From Myxococcota bacterium (GTDB lineage Bacteria > Myxococcota_A > Polyangia > Nannocystales > Nannocystaceae): DNA of 64,000 nucleotides. The notes beneath the pieces are model-generated. The model made no database searches. It was not told where the DNA came from and saw nothing but the letters and a program-made list of their open reading frames with translations. Shown here piece by piece: positions 49,454 to 59,200 of the stretch (the first letter of the stretch is position 1; each line of letters begins with the position of its first letter). The stretch covers positions 170,172 to 234,171 of the forward strand of contig JBCCWC010000004.1 in the NCBI GenBank assembly GCA_039194325.1, in the 5' to 3' direction. A program made the translations under genes and the position numbers.

Positions 49454-52400
49454 ATGCGTGCGAGGCCGGGAGCGTCCCTTCTGTGGCTCTTGGGCTGCGT
49501 AAGCTGCGTGTTATGGATGATCGGCTGTTCCGAGCCCGTCACCGAGATCGTAGCCGAGCAGCCCCAAGAAACGAACAGCAATGCACTGGCGGCCCAGGCC
49601 GTGCACCACCCGCGCCGGACGATAAAGCCGGTGCTCGCGTGGCGGCACGACCCCTCGCCCACCGTGCCGATGGCGCTCACCGCCAGCGACGGCACAGGGC
49701 TCGACCTGGTCTCGATGAAGGCGCGGGTGATCATCGAGGATCCGTTGGCGTTCACCGAGCTCCACCTCACGTTCGACAACCCCGAGAATCGCCGCCGCGA
49801 GGGCCGCTTCGAGATCGAGCTGCCCCCCGGGGCGGCGCTCTCGCGCCTGGCCATGAAGATCCAGGGCCATTTTCAGGAGGGCGAAGTGGTCGAGCGACAG
49901 CGAGCACGCCGCACCTTCGAGGGCTTCATGCACGAGCGCCCCAACGTGGATCCGGCCTTGCTCGAAAACGACACGGCCAATCGCGTACGCGCCCGGGTGT
50001 TCCCGATCCTGCCACGCGAGCGCAAGGAGATCATGGTCTCGTTCTCCCAAGAGCTGGGCTCGGCGCCCTACCGGCTGCCCCTCCAGGGGCTTTCGACGGT
50101 GGAGGACTTCGACGTCCGCGTGGTGGTCAAGACCCACGACCCGACCCAGGACCACAGCTCGCTGTCCGGCATGCAGTCGGCCCAGCGGGTGGTCGAGCTG
50201 CGACGCACCCGCTTCACGCCAGACAAGGATCTGGTGGTAGAGCTCGACGGGGCAGGCCCCGCCGCGGGACTGCACGCGGGAGATCTGGCGGTGGTGCGCG
50301 TGCGCCCCGACGCCGAGCGCCCGGCCACCCGACCCGACTCGCTGCTGGTGCTCGTGGATACGAGCGCCTCCTCGGCCGCCGGCTTCGAGGACCGTATCGA
50401 CCGGCTCGGTGCGGTCATGCAGCAGCTCGCGACCGACCGTGACTTCCCCGTCCGAGTGCTCGGCTTCGATCAAGTGCAGCACCCGGTGTTCGAGGGCATG
50501 GCCTCGCAGCTGGGGGTTGATGCCTTGGCCGACCTGGTCGAGGGCCGAGCCCTGGGGGCCTCCGATCTCGGAGCCGCCCTCGCTCAGATCGCCCGGGCCC
50601 CGCAAGCCTCCCAGACCAACGGTCGCTGGGATCGGATCCTGCTGGTCTCCGACGGCATCGCCACCGCCGGGATCACCGAGCGGAGCGCCCTTCGTGCCGC
50701 GGTCCGCGAGCTCGAGGCGGCCGGCGTGCGTCGACTCGATGCGCTGGCCCCCGGTGCCCGCCAAGATCGCGAGCGCCTGGCCGACCTGATCTCGGCCCTG
50801 CCCGAGCCCGGGGTGATCGTCGACGATGGATCGGCGCCCGACGTGATCGCCAGCGCCCTGACCCAGGCTCCCTTCGGCGACGTGGCGCTGACCGTGCCGG
50901 GAGCCTCGTGGAGCTGGCCCGCGTCGTTGGAGGGGATCGGGCCCGGCCAGGACGTGCTGGTGTTCGCTCACTACGAGGGCACCCGCCCGTCCGCGATGCG
51001 CGTGGAGTTCTCCGATCCTTCGTTGCCCGCCCAGGAGATCGAGACCCTCGAGGTCGAGCGACCGCTGGTCGAGCGCGCCTGGGCCCGGACCCGCATCGCT
51101 CGGCTCCAGCACCAGCTGGCTCGGCTCCCCGCCGGCCCCAGCCCATCACGCGCGGCCATGCTCGCGCGGGTCGTGGCGCTGTCCACCCACTACCGGGTGC
51201 TCACCGATCTCACCGCGCTGCTCGTGCTGGAGACCGAGGCCGACTATCGACGCTACGGGATCAGCCGCCGCGGCAAGGCCGACATCCTCACCGTGGACGG
51301 AGGCAGCGTGCGCGTGCACCGACGCTCCGACCGCGCGCCGGTGCCCATACCGGTCGAGGACGATCTGGCGGGGACGCAGCTGGCCGCGGTCGATCCCGAC
51401 GCCAACGACGCGATCCCCCAGATGGCCCGCGAGTTCGACCCGGAGACCGCGGCGGACAACGAGGGGATCTTGGAGTTGATCCAATCAGAGTCCGGACACT
51501 TCCTTGCCTCTCCCCTCGGGGCCGCCTTTGCGGTCGGCAACGACGACGAGGACGTCTGGGGCGGCCCGAGCGAGGGCACGATCGGCCTGGGCAACACCGG
51601 CCTCATCGGTAAGGGCGGAGGCGGTGGTACGGGGACCGGATACGGAGCCCCCTCCGACGACGCCGTGTGGGGCTCGCTCCACGGCACCGAGGTGGGCGAG
51701 GCCTTCGGCGTCGGCGGCCTGGGCCTGGTGGGCACCGGTCGTGGCGGCGGCGGCACAGGCGAGGGCATGATCGGCCTGGGTAACACCGGCGTGGGCCTGG
51801 GTAGCACCGGCGTCGACCCAGGTGTCACTGGCCTGCTCGGTCCCATGGGAACGGTAACGGGAACGGGAACGGGAACGGACTCGGGAATGGGCTCGGGTTA
51901 TGGTCGAGGCTCGGGCGCAGGCTTCGGCGGCCGGGGTCGACGGGTTCCCCGGGTGCGCCAGGCCAAGGCCCAGGTCATGGGTGCGCTGGACCGCGATATC
52001 GTTCGGCGCATCGTTCGGGCCCACATCAACGAGGTTCGTCACTGCTACAACCAGGGCCTGAGCCGCGATCCCAACCTGCGAGGCCGCGTGCTCCTGGTCT
52101 TCAGCATCGATCCTTCGGGCCGGGTGCTCGAGTCCCAGGTCGAGGAGTCCTCCTCGCTGCCCAGCGACCCGGTCAAGAGCTGCATCGCCAAGGCCGTACG
52201 GCGCTGGCGGTTCCCCACCCCCACCGGCGGCGGCACCGTGCAGGTGAAGATGCCCTTTGTCATGGACCACGGGGGCAGCAGCGCATGGTCCAGCCCGTCG
52301 ATGGGCAGGACTCCCCGACGCACCGTCCGTCGCCGGCGCCCCCGACCGGTCCGAGCGGCTCACACGGGTCGATTTGCCGAGGTCCAGCGCCTGCTGGCCG

Positions 52401-53284
52401 CCAACGAGGTCGACGCCGCGTACGACCTGGCCTGGAGCTGGGTGCAGACCCAGCCCGACGACGTCCTTGGCCTGCTGGCCCTGGGCGACTCGCTGGAGCG
52501 ACGCCACCGCCCGACCCTGGCGGCGCGGGTCTATGGGTCACTCATCGATCTACACCCCTCGCGGGCCGACATCCGCCGAGCCGCCGGTCAGCGCCTGGAG
52601 CGACTGGGCGATCCCGGCCTGGTCCTGGCGATCGATACCTACGCCAAGGCGGTAGCGTCCCGGCCCGATCACCCCTCTGGCGCGCGCCTGCACGCCTGGG
52701 CGCTGGTCAAGCAGGGCGATCATCGGGCCGCGTTCGACGTCCTCGATGCAGCGCTCCGGCGCCGCTATCCCGCGGGTCGCTTCGCCGGGGTCAAGACCTT
52801 GATGCGTCAGGATCTCTCACTCGTCGCGGCGGCCTGGCTGGCCAAGCACAGCGGCGATGCCCTCGTACAAGCCCAAGCCCACGTCCGAGCGGCCGGAGTA
52901 CGACCCGACACGGAGGCGTCCACCCGCTTCGTGGTGACTTGGGAGACCGACACCACCGATGTGGATGTGCTGCTGCACACCGTCGGCTCGCGCCGCAGCC
53001 TTCACAGCCGTCATAATCACGGCCGGCGCATCGCCGATGTGCGCACGGGCTATGGTCCCGAGGCCCGCGTGCTGCGAGGCGAGCAGATCCCCCCGGCGCT
53101 CCATGCCTCGGTCCGCTACTTCGACCGCAGCAGCCAGGGCCACGCCATGGGCACGGTGCACGTTGTCGCTCATGACGGGCGAGGCCACCTGAGCATCCAA
53201 GCGCGCCCCTTCGTGCTGATGCAGCAGCGGGGCGTCCTCGACCTCGGTTCGATCGCGACCGGAGTCGATCTCGACGCGGCCTGA
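49454..53284 (+). CDS. Exported VIT-vWA protein with Gly-rich repeats, an AgmX/TonB-C-like domain, TPRs and a DUF2135-like tail
   Basis: LAFTELHLTFDNP..REGRF (VIT), VDTSAS and LVSDG (vWA), IVRAHINEVRHCY..L.G.V...F.I...G.V, WETDTTDVD and GYGPE. Confidence 0.8.
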   Translation: MRARPGASLLWLLGCVSCVLWMIGCSEPVTEIVAEQPQETNSNALAAQAVHHPRRTIKPVLAWRHDPSPTVPMALTASDGTGLDLVSMKARVIIEDPLAFTELHLTFDNPENRRREGRFEIELPPGAALSRLAMKIQGHFQEGEVVERQRARRTFEGFMHERPNVDPALLENDTANRVRARVFPILPRERKEIMVSFSQELGSAPYRLPLQGLSTVEDFDVRVVVKTHDPTQDHSSLSGMQSAQRVVELRRTRFTPDKDLVVELDGAGPAAGLHAGDLAVVRVRPDAERPATRPDSLLVLVDTSASSAAGFEDRIDRLGAVMQQLATDRDFPVRVLGFDQVQHPVFEGMASQLGVDALADLVEGRALGASDLGAALAQIARAPQASQTNGRWDRILLVSDGIATAGITERSALRAAVRELEAAGVRRLDALAPGARQDRERLADLISALPEPGVIVDDGSAPDVIASALTQAPFGDVALTVPGASWSWPASLEGIGPGQDVLVFAHYEGTRPSAMRVEFSDPSLPAQEIETLEVERPLVERAWARTRIARLQHQLARLPAGPSPSRAAMLARVVALSTHYRVLTDLTALLVLETEADYRRYGISRRGKADILTVDGGSVRVHRRSDRAPVPIPVEDDLAGTQLAAVDPDANDAIPQMAREFDPETAADNEGILELIQSESGHFLASPLGAAFAVGNDDEDVWGGPSEGTIGLGNTGLIGKGGGGGTGTGYGAPSDDAVWGSLHGTEVGEAFGVGGLGLVGTGRGGGGTGEGMIGLGNTGVGLGSTGVDPGVTGLLGPMGTVTGTGTGTDSGMGSGYGRGSGAGFGGRGRRVPRVRQAKAQVMGALDRDIVRRIVRAHINEVRHCYNQGLSRDPNLRGRVLLVFSIDPSGRVLESQVEESSSLPSDPVKSCIAKAVRRWRFPTPTGGGTVQVKMPFVMDHGGSSAWSSPSMGRTPRRTVRRRRPRPVRAAHTGRFAEVQRLLAANEVDAAYDLAWSWVQTQPDDVLGLLALGDSLERRHRPTLAARVYGSLIDLHPSRADIRRAAGQRLERLGDPGLVLAIDTYAKAVASRPDHPSGARLHAWALVKQGDHRAAFDVLDAALRRRYPAGRFAGVKTLMRQDLSLVAAAWLAKHSGDALVQAQAHVRAAGVRPDTEASTRFVVTWETDTTDVDVLLHTVGSRRSLHSRHNHGRRIADVRTGYGPEARVLRGEQIPPALHASVRYFDRSSQGHAMGTVHVVAHDGRGHLSIQARPFVLMQQRGVLDLGSIATGVDLDAA

Positions 53285-53416
53285 GCCCGACCCGGCGGCC
53301 AAGCGCTCGGGCTCAGTCATATGCCCGCGCTCCGTCGGGCTCCGACGAAGGACCGGCCGGTCGTCATCGCTCGGGCACCAGTACCTCGTGCCGGAACGAA
53401 CCTTCGGCGCGGAGTA

Positions 53417-54310
53417 CTACCCGGAGCCGAGCATCTCCAGCACCATGCGCTCGCACCGACGATACGCGTCGTAGAGGCCCCCCCGATCGCTTCGGAAGAT
53501 GTGGGGTTCATCGGTGAGGGCCAAGCGCGGATGATAAGGGACGCGAACGCTCGGTTCGATCGGCTCTCCCCAGGCCTCGGAGAGGCGCCGCGAGGCCACC
53601 GCCTCCCGCTCGTCGACGAGGTCGTCTTCGCCTTGGGGTACCGGACTCACCACGACACGCACATCGTGAGGGCAGGTGCCCGAGGCTCGCAGTGCTCGGA
53701 AGAAATTGGCCGTTCCCTCCACGTTCTGCCGATTGAGCCCCATCACCACGACCAAGTGGTCACCAAGGTCGCGGGTGCACACCCCCGACTCGTCCGAGAA
53801 CCCCGTGCGACTGTCGATGAGCACCAGATCGAAGGAGCGCGCCTCGCGAATGACCGTCTTGATGGCGGTGACCAGCGGCTTTCCGCTGCCCTCCCGGTAC
53901 CGCCGACCCAACCCGAGCCGGTCGAGTCGCGACTGATATCGACCGTCACCGAACCGACCCGCGGGCATGATCCGGAGCAAGCCTCCTTCGTCTTCGACGA
54001 TCGACTCGGGCAGTTCGTAGCGATACGAGTACAGCTCGACCAGCTCGCCCGGCGAACGCGAGAACAGATCGGCCTGCCCGCCTCGCTCCACCGCATCGAG
54101 CACGATGTCGACAAAGCCGGGATGCTCCGGCTGCACCCCCTCGAGAAACGAGATCCCGGGTGCTTCGAGATCCATGTCCATCACCAGCACCCGAACCCCA
54201 CGACCGGCCAGGATGCCCGCCACGTTGATAAGGGCCATACTTCGCCCAACGCCCCCCTTGAAGGAGTAGAACGTGACGAAGGCGGTACTGCGCAGGCTGA
54301 GCTCGGACAT
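53417..54310 (-). CDS. ParA/MinD-like ATPase, KGGVGR variant
   Basis: TFYSFKGGVGRSMALINVA, DMDLEAPG and LIDSRTGFSD motifs. Confidence 0.85.
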   Translation of the reverse strand: MSELSLRSTAFVTFYSFKGGVGRSMALINVAGILAGRGVRVLVMDMDLEAPGISFLEGVQPEHPGFVDIVLDAVERGGQADLFSRSPGELVELYSYRYELPESIVEDEGGLLRIMPAGRFGDGRYQSRLDRLGLGRRYREGSGKPLVTAIKTVIREARSFDLVLIDSRTGFSDESGVCTRDLGDHLVVVMGLNRQNVEGTANFFRALRASGTCPHDVRVVVSPVPQGEDDLVDEREAVASRRLSEAWGEPIEPSVRVPYHPRLALTDEPHIFRSDRGGLYDAYRRCERMVLEMLGSG

Positions 54311-54340
54311 GGCCTAGAGGATGCCCCTCACTTCCGCGCC

Positions 54341-55195
54341 CTAGGCAGCGACCACATCGGGGAGAAGCTTGGCCGACTCGGGCTTGCGCTCGTAGGGCTG
54401 GTGACGCTCGGCGAAGAATGCCTCGAGGGCCTCGTCGAGCCCCTCGTTGGTGGGGGCGCTCACCCCTGGTGCCCGCCCTTCTTGCTCCGCCAACCATTCG
54501 TCGAGCATGGCACCAATCGCCGCCACACATCGACCCGAGACCTCTCGTACCCGGCCCACGAGGCGATTGCGATCCTCGGGCCGCAGATGCCTCGCATGTT
54601 GAGACAGCACGACATAGAGCGAGTCGGCCACGATCTCGTCACCCGAGATCTGCGGCAACACATCGACCCCATCCATTCCGAGCCGCAGCAAACCGGTGAA
54701 GGCGAGGGCGAGGTGTCGACCACGACCCGCCACCCGATGCCAAAAACTACGATCGAGCGGCGCCCGTAGATCGAGCAGCGCCCCCAGAACCGCCGCCTGC
54801 TGCTCGACCCGTATCGCGTCGAACCGCTCGCCCTGCGCCAGCATCCCGAGCGAGACGACGGCATCGTCCACCCCCAGCCGCTGGACCACCCCGAGCAGCG
54901 CTCGTACATAGTCGTCGTCTTCGGTTGCCCGGCCCGCCTCGTCGATGAACCGGATCATTAGCTCCATCGATGCGGTGCGCAGATCCTTGCGAACGAGCGA
55001 ACCGAGATCACTCTCGTGCCGAGCCACGGTGATGTCGGGCGCCTCGTCGATGGTGAGCCGCGGGAGGGGCTCCTGCCCACGCAACGCACGGCCGAGCCAG
55101 CGCCGCAGATCGTCCTTGGTCAGAGCTTCGAGGTGCCCCAAGGCCGGGCCCGAGGCCGGGCCCGAGGCCAGAGTAGAAGGATCGACGTCGGTCAT
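54341..55195 (-). CDS. Hypothetical all-alpha protein
   Basis: 284-aa Leu/Ala-rich ORF co-oriented between two cassette genes. Confidence 0.6.
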   Translation of the reverse strand: MTDVDPSTLASGPASGPALGHLEALTKDDLRRWLGRALRGQEPLPRLTIDEAPDITVARHESDLGSLVRKDLRTASMELMIRFIDEAGRATEDDDYVRALLGVVQRLGVDDAVVSLGMLAQGERFDAIRVEQQAAVLGALLDLRAPLDRSFWHRVAGRGRHLALAFTGLLRLGMDGVDVLPQISGDEIVADSLYVVLSQHARHLRPEDRNRLVGRVREVSGRCVAAIGAMLDEWLAEQEGRAPGVSAPTNEGLDEALEAFFAERHQPYERKPESAKLLPDVVAA

Positions 55196-55274
55196 GACTC
55201 TGCTCGTAGACTCGGTGTGTGGGCCCAGTGTGTAGACTTGGCGCGTGGGCCCCGTGTGGACTTGGCGCGTAGAC

Positions 55275-56129
55275 TCAACATGTAGAGTAGACGGGAAAAA
55301 TCAACCCCTCACCGCTGAGTTCGGCATGAACGACCTCTGGTTGGCGGGGGAGTCGACCAGGATTGGGAGGGAGTGGCTCGGTCCAGCCGTGCAGATCGTG
55401 GCGTTCACAGGGCCGGTACCAGGCATGGCTCTCAGCGTCGGCCACCGTGGGCCGTCGTAGCTCGAGACCTTGGCTGCGTGCCCGATAGGCGATGAGCGCA
55501 AGGAGGTCCGTGGGCCGGCAATGACCCAACCCAAATGCCGTGCGCACGAATTTCGTCGTTCGCGCAATTCCTCCATAGGGATGCTCATTGGGCCATTGCG
55601 GGTCGAACGTGGCCCATACGACGTACCGACCCACTGGAGCCCGCTGGAGGACCCGGGCCAGACGGCGCGGGGGATTGCGCCCTGCGAGCATGACCTGGCG
55701 CAGTAGATCCTTGGCTTGCCCCTCGGTGAGGGCCGAGCTAGCGCTGATCATGCGCGCATAGTCGCCGAGACCGAGCGCCCTCCCCACGATCTCGGGGGTT
55801 CGATCGACAGGTAGGGGTGCACCGACTAGCTGCACCTTTCGACAGGCACACTGCCACGCCAGCACCGGCGCAACCCCTCGATGCAGCTGGGCCGCGAAGG
55901 ACTGCAACAACCGCACGAAGTCGACATGGCCCAGCGCTGTCTCGCCCGCGATGTTCCGAGCTACACGACTCCAATGCTCATCAGCCCCTCGTGTCCATCG
56001 CTCGATGTGCATGGCCACGATCCGACGGTCCCCCTCGCAGAGGTCGCCGAGCGCTTTTTGTAGAGCTGCCACCGAACAACGAGCCTGACTCACCGCCATG
56101 CACTCGTCAAGAAAAACAAGGGTGGTCAA
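55275..56129 (-). CDS. Hypothetical protein, possibly ADP-ribosyltransferase-like
   Basis: 284-aa ORF with C-terminal motifs VWATF, FGLG, RPTVADA, GWT and QPEVVH. Start may be ATG 56099. Confidence 0.55.
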   Translation of the reverse strand: MTTLVFLDECMAVSQARCSVAALQKALGDLCEGDRRIVAMHIERWTRGADEHWSRVARNIAGETALGHVDFVRLLQSFAAQLHRGVAPVLAWQCACRKVQLVGAPLPVDRTPEIVGRALGLGDYARMISASSALTEGQAKDLLRQVMLAGRNPPRRLARVLQRAPVGRYVVWATFDPQWPNEHPYGGIARTTKFVRTAFGLGHCRPTDLLALIAYRARSQGLELRRPTVADAESHAWYRPCERHDLHGWTEPLPPNPGRLPRQPEVVHAELSGEGLIFPVYSTC

Positions 56130-56236
56130 TATTGTACCACCTTACCGATGCACGAGGGTGGCCCACCCGTTGGCCACCCTCGTGATCAACCGACCGCGAA
56201 TCACAAGGGTGGCCCACCCATTGGCCACCCTGGGTG
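56116..56236. repeat. Three related palindromes (AGGGTGGCC...GGCCACCCT)
   Basis: Perfect 13-bp inverted repeat at 56151-56184, a near copy at 56202-56236 and a degenerate copy at 56116-56143. Confidence 0.8.
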
Positions 56237-56262
56237 GGTCGTGCCCAGTGTATGTACGTCCG

Positions 56263-59200
56263 CTACGGAATCGGGAAGGGCGTGCACTCGAGCGGCGCCG
56301 GGTTCGGCTCGATCGCCCAGGTTCCATCGCTTTGTAAGCGCACCGAGTTGCCCGAAGGTGCATCGGCCACATCGACCATGCCGGCCATCCCCGTCTCGTC
56401 CAAAAGACCATTGGAGTTGTCGGGCCCATAGATCACCGCGTCGAGCGGAACCGTCCCCGGGCCGACCGCCCCCGCGGCCACATCGAACACGGCCACGCCA
56501 TCTCCGGCTCCGCCCGAGTTCTGCATGCCGGGCATGAGCTGCACGGCCTGGTCGTACATCGGGCCGCCGGGGAAGCCGTTGTCCGCGTCGCCGCTGGGCC
56601 CGCCCACCACGAAGCAATCACCATTGCCCACGATCCCGTTGAGGTCGAGCACGCCGTAGGTGTAGTCGGTGCCACCCCAACCCAGGCTATGACCGCTCAG
56701 ATCCACCGGCGCCCCGGTGCCATTGTAGATCTTCACCCACTCGAACATGTCGTCGCCACCGGGGTGGTCGTAGTAGACCTCGGCGATCACGAGGTTGGGG
56801 AAGGCCGGCGAGTCCACCACGGAGACGGTGGAGTTGGAGACCGCGGGGCCGATCGACGCGGTGACGACCTCGTCGCCCGCGCAGGCTCCGGCGTTCACCG
56901 TGAACACGGCCGACAGCTCGTTCGCCAGCACGTCGACGGTGTCCGGCACCGCGGCACACGTCCCCGGGTTGATGACCAGGTCGACCACCTGGCCCGCCGC
57001 CGGCGCCGGCAGATCGAGGGTGACCGTCAGATCCGCGGTGGCCATCACGGGCACCGCCAGCATGCTCGGGCTGAGGGTCGGCGAGCGAGGCTCCGCATCG
57101 TCATAGACCCGCACCGAGGCGGCGATCGCCACCCCGTCGAGCTCGGCGGTGACGTCGGCCGTGCCGACGGCCACCCCGGTAAGCACGACCGGCACGCTGT
57201 CAGCCCCGACCGGCACGGTGACGGTCGGCGGGCCCGTGACGACCCCCATATCGGCATAGGTGAGGTTGATCGGGGTATCCGCCGTCACCGCGGAGGTCAG
57301 CTGCACCCGCAGCTCGGGGATCGGCACCGCCATCGTCCCTTCGAGCAGGTAGCTCTGCGGCTCACCAAAGCCGATCAGGCTGGGCGGGTAGTCCACGATG
57401 CTCCGCGGCTCGAGCTTGGTGAAGCCGTTGGCCCACCGAGAGATCCCGATGATCTGCGTGTAGGTCTGGCCGATCATCGGGAAGGGATCGACGCAGTAGA
57501 AGAAGTCGTTGACCCGCAGGCCGTCGGTGACCTCGAACTCGCACGTCGCCATGGCGTCGCCGGGCCCGCCCGCGGGCGCATCGTTGGTGACGCCTACCGC
57601 AAACACGGTCACCAGCACCCCTTCGAGCTCCTCTTGCAGCATTCCCATCTCGACGATGTCGGCCGGCGTGGTGGGCTCGGGGGCGGGCAGCGGGTTGCCG
57701 CTCGAGAGCACCGGCGGATCGGGCTCGTCCGAGGCGTCCAGCTGGATCTGCTCGAAGAAGACGTTGACCGTGCCGGAGATGGTCACTCGGTCGCCGATCG
57801 CTGGGGTGAAATTGCCGTTGGTATAGACGAACACGCCGCTGAACTCGGCGCCCTGGTAGTCGGCATCGTCGGGGTGCACCTGCACGAAGTACCCGTTGGC
57901 CTCCGGACCGGCCCCGGTCACGACCACGTCGTTCACGCTGACGTAGGTGCCCGGCGCGATCGTCCCGTCCTTGATGTCGTAGATGCTGACCGGGCAGGCA
58001 CCGCCTGCTGGGTTGGCCACCATGGGACAGGGATCGCAGGCGTCCCCCACGCCATCGTCGTCACCATCGGCCTGGTCGGGGTTGTCGTCCTCGACACAAT
58101 TGTCCGCGGGATCCTCCACGCCATCCCCGTCTTGGTCGAAGACGTCGGGCATGGGGCAGCCCTCGCCCGGAGCGAGCGGGCACCGATCGCAGGCATCGCC
58201 GAGGCCGTCGGAGTCGGCGTCGGCCTGCTGACCGGCGTCGAGCGGACGGATCGGATTGAAGGTACTCGGGCAATTGTCCTCGTCGTTGGGGACGCCGTCG
58301 CCGTCGGCATCATCGGGCCCTCCTCGGTTGGGAAACTCGCCCGGCCGGGCGGGATCGCACGAGGGTTCCTCGTCGGGGTCGCCGCAGAAGAACAGCGGGT
58401 ACGAGGCCGGATGGATCGCCCCGGTGATCTGGTCGATCGACAGGCCGGTGTCGGGCTGGGCGCACAGGCGCTTGCTGACCCCGCACACGTCGAGCATCTC
58501 GCAGTTGCTCGCGTCCGCGGGGTCGACCAGGGCTTCGATCAGGCTCGTGTCCCCGTGCAGCGGCTGCCCCCCGCGCATCACCAGGGCCACGTCGGACACG
58601 TCGGCATTGATCACCGCCCGGTGGGCCGCGTTCTGCGAGCCGTCGAAGATCGTCAGATCCGCGATATGGCCGGGACGGATGAGGCCGATCTGATCGTCGG
58701 CCCCTTGCGAGACCGCCGCCCAGTAGGTGGCCATCAGCCACAGCTCGAGGTCGGAGAAGGCCCCGCCCAGGTGCCCCTGGTTGAACGAGTCGGCGCAGGC
58801 CAGCTCGCGTAGCATGTTCATCGAGCCGCTCGCGGTCCAGTCGGTCCCCAGCGCGATCCGAACGCCCAGGTTGCGGTACGTGGTGATCTCGGCGGTAATC
58901 CCGTAGAGATCCACGTTGGAGCGCGGCGACCACACCAGCACGGCCCCCTCGTCGCCCATCGTGTCGACATCGATCGGCACCACCCCGATCCCATGAACCA
59001 CCGATGTGTTGCTCGCGATGAGGTCCTCACCGCCCGGCGCCCCCGAGAGGCACAAGAACTCGTTGCGAGCCTCGTCGTCGATGCCCTCGGCGATGTGGGG
59101 CATATAGATGTCGTCGCCGAGGTTGAAGGCGCCGTCGATGAACGGGTAGTTGCAGCCCGAGGTCAGCTGAGTCCCGTCGCTGTCACCCAGCGGGAACGTG

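Noticed and set aside
53417..54310. Chromosome or plasmid partition ParA
   Set aside because: KGGVGR variant motif, and no parB or replication genes nearby.
53321..54769. Long antisense ORFs (this one, plus 6300-7895, 42007-43491, 56689-58812, 61271-63610 and others)
   Set aside because: They are shadows of motif-bearing genes on the opposite strand, as expected in high-GC DNA.
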